Part shown: one piece after another, positions 59,972-64,000 of the stretch | Layout of the letters: every line of letters starts with the position of its first letter | Position numbering within the stretch: position 1 is the first letter of the stretch | Origin: Chlorokybus atmophyticus | Lineage: Eukaryota > Plantae > Mesostigma and Chlorokybus algae | NCBI GenBank assembly: GCA_009103225.1 | Contig: RHPI01001737.1 | Span: 926,091 to 990,090, forward strand | Length of the DNA: 64,000 nucleotides | Direction: 5' to 3' | Made by a program: the position numbers and the translations under genes | Notes under the pieces: model-generated | Database searches by the model: none | The model's input: only the letters and a program-made list of their open reading frames with translations | What the model was told of the DNA's origin: nothing

Positions 59972-62900
59972 TGTTAATGCAGAACCTTGTAGTATACTTC
60001 TAGACCTTTCTTACGCACCAAAGGTTCCCTCCTGATTAGGTGTTCATATGGTCAAGTTATACGACTTGGCGCCAAGCTTTTCCAGAAATGTGGTCGAGCC
60101 CTTCTCGACTGGCCCTCCGTTTTCTGGCACCTTCTGGACTGGTCCTGGGCCCCGGTCGATATCCGCGGCAGACTCATAACTCGCCGATATCTGCCACAAG
60201 TCATGAAAACGTGGTGTTCGATAAATGGGCCAAAACAAGTCCTAAAATCATGAAACTTTGCCTCAATTGTTACACTCCTCCCCCCTAGGTGAGCTTCGTC
60301 CTCGAAGCTCTCGAGGAGTCTTTGGTCGTTGTTGCAAGATATGTTGTGCATCTGCCAAGTGCTCCTCCGGTTCCCAAGTGGCTTCATGCATCGGGTAGCC
60401 TTTCCACTTCACCAAATATTTGCGCACGTTGCGCACCATCTTCTCGCCCGATATGTCCTCCACTCCATGTATTCCATATGACCTTTTGTAGCCAATACAG
60501 GCGGTGGACGCAATGGTGGCTCTCCTCGATATGATTTCCACAGGGATATGTGAAAGACAGGGTGGATGTGCATAGAGCCGGGCTGTTGCAACTTGTACGC
60601 CACCTCTGAAACCACTTTGCTGACTTGAAATGGCCTAAGCCAGCGCTCACATAACTTGCGAACTTCAGCACGCACCTATAAGTTCCTCGTAGAAAGCAAT
60701 ACCATGTCGCCTTCTTGAAATGTGACATGTCGGCGATGCACGTCTGCGTACTGTTTTTGCCTATTTTGTGCCACCAATACGCCTCTCTTGCTGCCTTGTT
60801 GATGTCCGCACACGTTGTAAAGAATTGCTTACAGCTTCCACATCAACGTCACTTCATCGCGGTGTCCATGCCGTCAGCGGTGTCAGCGAGTGTTGGCCGT
60901 AGTTTATGAAAAAGGGGGTGACACCCGTGCTTGCATTGGTGTGGTTGTTGATGACAAATTCCACCACTTTCAGCAACTCCGCCCAATTGTCTTGCCGTGC
61001 ATTTACGTAGCAGCGCAACATATCTTCAATCACACGGTTGGCTCACTCTGTTTGGCCATCAGTTTGCAGGTGGAAAGCCGTGTTAAACTTCAAGGTGATA
61101 CCCAGTGCACTATGCAGCGCCTCCCAAAACTTACTCGTGAAGCGGAGATCACGATCGCTCACAATGCTTCGTGGTAGTCTGTTGGAAAGAAAGACATGCT
61201 TCATAAACAACACGCTTGCTGCCTATGGTGCCGTGCAAGACTCACAGCACGGTGCCAAGTGTGCCATTTTGCGAGTTTTGGCTACGAGCACGAGTATTGC
61301 GTTGTACCCTCCCGTTGTCGTTGGCAGCCCTGTAATAAAGTCCATAGTAACTTGCTCCCACTTGGACAATGGCACGGGAAGAGGTTGTAGCAACCCACCT
61401 GGCTTTTTGTTGTCTCTGGTTCAGATGTGGTTGTGTCTGTAAGTACCTCAATGGGGAATCGTCCGTCTCCAGCACGAACCTTTTGCCCTCAAGAAAGCAT
61501 CGCCATTGTCGCAGCGCCATCATTTGCGCCAATGGCTCCTTCTCGTGCACAGGGTAGCTCAGTTCTACTCCAATCAGTTTCTTACTAAAGAACGCTGCAG
61601 GTTGAAGACCCATGCCTTGGTCTTGCTGTAACCTAGCTCCCACAGCTGTATCGGATGCGTCACAAGCCAAAATAAAGGGTTTGTTTATGTCGCGGTGAGC
61701 CAAGATGGGTGCCTCTGTCAACGCCTTCTTCAACGCAGTAAATGCATGCTCTTCCTTTGCAGACCAGCTTCAAGACTTCCCTTTCTTGAGTAGGGTGGTC
61801 AAAGGGGCCGCAATGCGCGAAACTCCCGTGATAAACTTGCAATAATACCCCGCAAGCCCTAAGAACGATATTACCTCCTTCACATTGGTCGAGGCAGACT
61901 ATTCGCGCACCACTTGCACTTTGTTGAGGTCCGGTTTGATCCCTTCGTGTGACACAATGTGGCCCAGGTACTCTACCTCGCGTAGCAAAAACTTGCACTT
62001 CTATAGCTAAGCATACAACTTGTGCTCGTGTAAACGTTGCAGCACGTGCCGTAGAAGACTCACATGCTCGTCCTTCTTCTTCGGGTACACTAGAATGTCG
62101 CCGAGGTACACGGGGACTCCCTTACCCAGCAAGTCAGCCAAAAGGCTGTTCACCAATGTCTGAAATGTCGCTGGCGCGTTCGTAAGCCCAAACGACATCA
62201 CCAACCACTCATAATGTCCATAGCGCGTGTTGAACGCTGTCTTCTCCACGTCCTCAGGTGCGATGCGGATCTGATGATAACCTCCAGCAAGATCAAGTGT
62301 GGTAAAGTACTGCGCACCTTGTAGCTGCTCCAGCAACTCGTCAATACGCGGTAGTGGAAAGCAGTTTTTTTTGTAATGGTATTAAGCGCTCGGTAATTAA
62401 TGCACATACGCAGACTCCCGTTTTTCTTTGGCACGCACACACCAGTATTGGTGCACCATAAGGTGACTTACTTGGCCGGATGTAACCTCTCTGTAAAAGA
62501 TCCGCTATCTGCTTCTTGGCCTCCTCCAACTGCAGAGGTGACAACTTATATACAGGCCTGTAGGGTGGCTTGTGCACGCCCTCATTCAACTCCACACGAT
62601 GATTAACGCCGTGAGGGTGGCAGACCAGCTGGAAGTCCGTCCACCATGATTTCTTAGTAGTCCTAAACAAGTTTGCACACCTTGGGGTCCATCGTAGCTG
62701 TCTCAGTGCAGTCACTCAGATTCGGTGCTGACTTTAATGTACTTTAACGCACCACGCACAACCATGCAGCCTTCGCTTTTTGTGGGGATAGCGGCCTCTC
62801 CAATTGCACATAGAAAACTTGAATAATGCTAATCCCACCTGATTGCGCGTGCCGTACCTTTCCGGTGCTTGTGTCCCCTTGCAGGTGCCCAACACACGTG

Positions 62901-64000
62901 CGCATACTTGCCTTAGCGACGTCCGACGCAGCTATGACAAAGCCTTTCTTGCTTTCCTCGCAAGAGTGGTCTTGCACTGCGATGGAGCACGCGCGTAGAC
63001 CTTGATTGGACTCTCCATCATTTCCTTTAATGGTGAGCACACGCTTTCTCCAATTGATAGATGGTTTATGTTGCCACAACCACGGTAGTCTCAAAAGTCC
63101 ATCAAACCCGTTCCGTAGGGTGACGCAGCAAAAACGCATATTCTCCTTCAACTTCCCCATGTGAACACACAACTCCTTGGTTAATAACGCAGCACCGGTA
63201 CCTCCAGAGGGTGGTTCCCCATCAGCAACTTTCACTTCTCCTCCTTGTAATGGTGAAAGCCAACCGTAGCGCCGTGCAACCTCCTTACTCGTGAAGTTGC
63301 TGTTTGATCCACTATCAACCATAAGGTTGCACTCCCTCCATTGTCCGAGGTCATCGTAAATGCGTGCTAGAAGCCCAATGTACTTTGTTGCCTCCTCGCT
63401 TGCATCACTTACCACCATGGGCGTGTTCATAGCCACCTCCATTTTCTTCCTTGGTTGTTGCGATGTCACAATCTCCATTTGTGCGTGAGGCTCCCCCTCA
63501 TCCCCAGTAGCCTCCTTATCTACTAAGGCGAGTTGTTTCCCTGATCCTCCACGCCATCTTCCTCCATTGCGTTGATGCGTCGTGCGCGATATGTGTTGCC
63601 AGCTAATGTAGACGTTTGCGTGCGCCGTTTCGAGCAATTAATCGCCAAATGTTCTGTCGAACCACACATGTAGCACTAACGCACGCTGCTACCTGCCTCA
63701 CCATGTCTACCGTGCTTCGCCACGCCGTTTCGCGTGTGTACGGCACCCACCTCCATTGGTGATGGTCCAAATCAGCTCCACCTTCCTTTGCAAGTTGTCA
63801 ACTTGGTTCCCTTCATGTCCATGCAAGTTGAAAGCTTCCCCTAGGGTGATCACCACGCTCTTGCTTGCTCCCACGCCTCTAGTCAGCGTTTGTTGCAGAA
63901 GACTTGAAGTACAACGCGTCGAGACGCTTCGCGATGCGTATAGCTTCCGCCAAAAGCTTTAGGGTCCCGTAGCTCCACTTCTTTGCGTCAAAAAGCTTTC
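59972..64000 (-). mobile_element. Element C: Ty3/Gypsy chromovirus, degenerate, runs off the right edge
   Basis: CCHC knuckle CYMCGSTEHLAINC, protease MVDSGSNSNF, RT LDLAGGYHQI and YLGDIL, RNase H CDASD, integrase VTMDFI/VSDRD/QTECAN and chromodomain KYLVKWKGYPMHEATWEPEEHL. The PPT GGGGGGAGGAG is followed by an LTR starting TGTAAC at 60274. The left LTR end is uncertain (59972 or 59988). Confidence 0.93.

Overview
This is repeat-rich, intron-rich eukaryotic DNA of about 50% GC, most likely from a green alga. A plant-type iMet primer-binding site and a minor-spliceosome gene hint at a streptophyte alga, but the host cannot be determined from the sequence alone. Host genes are a plastid-type GST, tRNA-Leu(CAG), U11/U12-65K (RNPC3), an M20D amidohydrolase, a TPX2-domain protein, a HemW/HemN-like radical SAM protein and an SCP/CTDSPL-like phosphatase. 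About half the window is mobile DNA: a chromovirus LTR retrotransposon (6.2-24.1 kb, minus), a second Ty3/Gypsy element inserted into it (about 10.4-21.6 kb, plus), a solo LTR inside that second element, a Tc2/pogo-like MITE, an intron-containing pogo transposon and a third chromovirus at the right edge. The strongest candidate system is the nested Ty3/Gypsy element. Its polyprotein carries a DNMT3-like C5 cytosine methyltransferase between protease and RT, with an unusual G-W-E-C-Q catalytic loop. It also carries a PHD finger after integrase where chromoviruses have a chromodomain, plus about 2 kb of unexplained coding sequence before the protease. This copy is decayed by stops and frameshifts. 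DNMT-carrying retrotransposons are already published for dinoflagellates and Klebsormidium, so novelty must be tested rather than assumed. All calls come from reading motifs by eye, with no searches run; gene ends and exon boundaries are approximate unless stated.
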